A DNA stretch of 64,000 nucleotides, taken from the NCBI GenBank assembly GCA_964270895.1, contig OZ185436.1; one strand, given 5' to 3'. Within the stretch, counting starts at the first letter, position 1. Every line of letters begins with the position of its first letter. Position numbers and translations under genes: made by a program. Shown in pieces: positions 62,764 to 64,000 of the stretch. The stretch is from Podarcis filfolensis (taxonomy: Eukaryota). The notes beneath the pieces are model-generated. The model had not been told where the DNA came from. It made no database searches and saw nothing but the letters and a program-made list of their open reading frames with translations.

Positions 62764-64000
62764 GTTCATCTTTGCTCAGGGTTGGAAATCAGTCAAGTGA
62801 ATATTATCAGTATTCGTTTGCATCATTGTTGCTTTTAAATCTGCAAACAATATGGAATTAATGATATGGTGGGCTATTTTTTATACGTTGTTCTGATGTT
62901 CACTGAAATGAATTGAAGTTATGTACATAGTTATGTAAATTACATCACTTACAAAAAATGGAAGAACGTGGGACGAATAACGTAGCATTTGGTGGAAACT
63001 GCAGCAAAATGGAAATCACACTGATTGTGGCAGACATAGGTCTGAACGGAAATCACTGCCTTCTTGCATCCCTTGGCTGAGGTGATAAATTCTCACAAGG
63101 CTGTGTGCTACCTGAATTTTCATACAGAGATTTGCTTGAAAGATTACCATGTGAAAAGTTGTGCTGGCTTTCACCCTAATGAGCTTTGGCATGGGACACA
63201 ATTTTTCATGTATCAGAGCATTTCCAAACATTCAACTCTGCACTTGGGGGGTAGGGAAATGAGATGATGCAAGACCATGAGAAGGTACCGCTGAATCAGC
63301 CCTTAAAGTTGTCTTTTTCTTTTTAACTTCTCTGTGATGAGTTCCACACTTGTGTGGTATTTAAGAAGTTCCATTCCATGATTTATGATTTGCTCCATGA
63401 TTCAAGACTGCACCGATCATAGAACTCTCAGACCTTTTGCCTGAATACTGAATGCTTTATTCAATTGGATTTCTATCCCTCCAATCTCTAGGATTATGAG
63501 CATCTTTCACAACTATTTACTGTTTCGTATTTTGAAAGGGGGAAAGGGGAAAGGGGAAAACAAAAACAAGAGAGTTTTCTCCTAAACATTCCACACACGG
63601 CCCCCAAATAATAGCTAATGCCTTTTAACAATGTCCTTTTCTCAGATTCCCTTGGAATCGCTGTGAGGTTGTGCTAAGAAACAGTGGAAATTTCAAGCAG
63701 CTGTTGCCCATCTAGCTGATGGGTGGGACCAACTTGTCCTTCCCTTTGCTGATAGAGATCTGCCTGAGCAATTGGTGTAATGTGATCCAAGCATTACTGT
63801 TACGTCTGTGTTGGCCTATTTTGCATCCAGCCCCAATGACTCTCATTTCCACGTCTCCCTAGTACACAGAAAGGCATTACCACCTCCCACCCCACCTCCA
63901 CTTTTGGCCCTTTTCCTATGGATCAGGCGAAAGAGCTAAAACCACATAAGACCATGTAAGAGCTAAAAGCCAAGCTTAGGAAGTTAGCTGTTGGCAGGTC

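Larger units (their letters stand above)
16187..64000 (+). other. Long intron (at least 47.8 kb), 3' end outside the window
   Basis: No recognisable coding exon; repeat-rich; most recognisable retroelements are antisense. Confidence 0.5.

Noticed and set aside
1-64000. CRISPR arrays, operons, endogenous viral ORFs
   Set aside because: This is eukaryotic repeat-rich DNA with no regularly spaced repeat-spacer array and no long viral or transposase ORF.

Overview
This is vertebrate genomic DNA, almost certainly a squamate and most like a lacertid lizard. The basis is the repeat content: Sauria SINE, tRNA-Lys/CR1-tail SINE, squamate L2/CR1, and hAT and Tigger MITEs. About 1-15.1 kb is repeat-rich intergenic sequence. 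About 15.2-16.3 kb is a CpG-island promoter with a non-coding exon (donor after 15461) and a second exon (16038-16186) ending in 13 coding nt, ATG AGC ACC AGC A|gtaagt (MSTS, phase 1). This architecture and N-terminus best fit ABLIM3 (human MNTSIPYQQ...), but the next coding exon was not found, so 16187-64000 is read as one very long intron and the gene call is provisional. None of the supplied ORFs is a credible cellular protein; a few are LINE ORF2 remnants. The most interesting signals are two palindromic Penelope-like terminal-repeat relics carrying degenerate minimal hammerhead ribozyme cores, a tight intronic MEF2 + CArG motif pair, a hAT-Charlie MITE family sharing one core but with at least four different TIR pairs, and several nested insertions with readable TSDs. 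I found no complete novel protein-coding system. Family names come from recalled consensus sequences, not from a database search.
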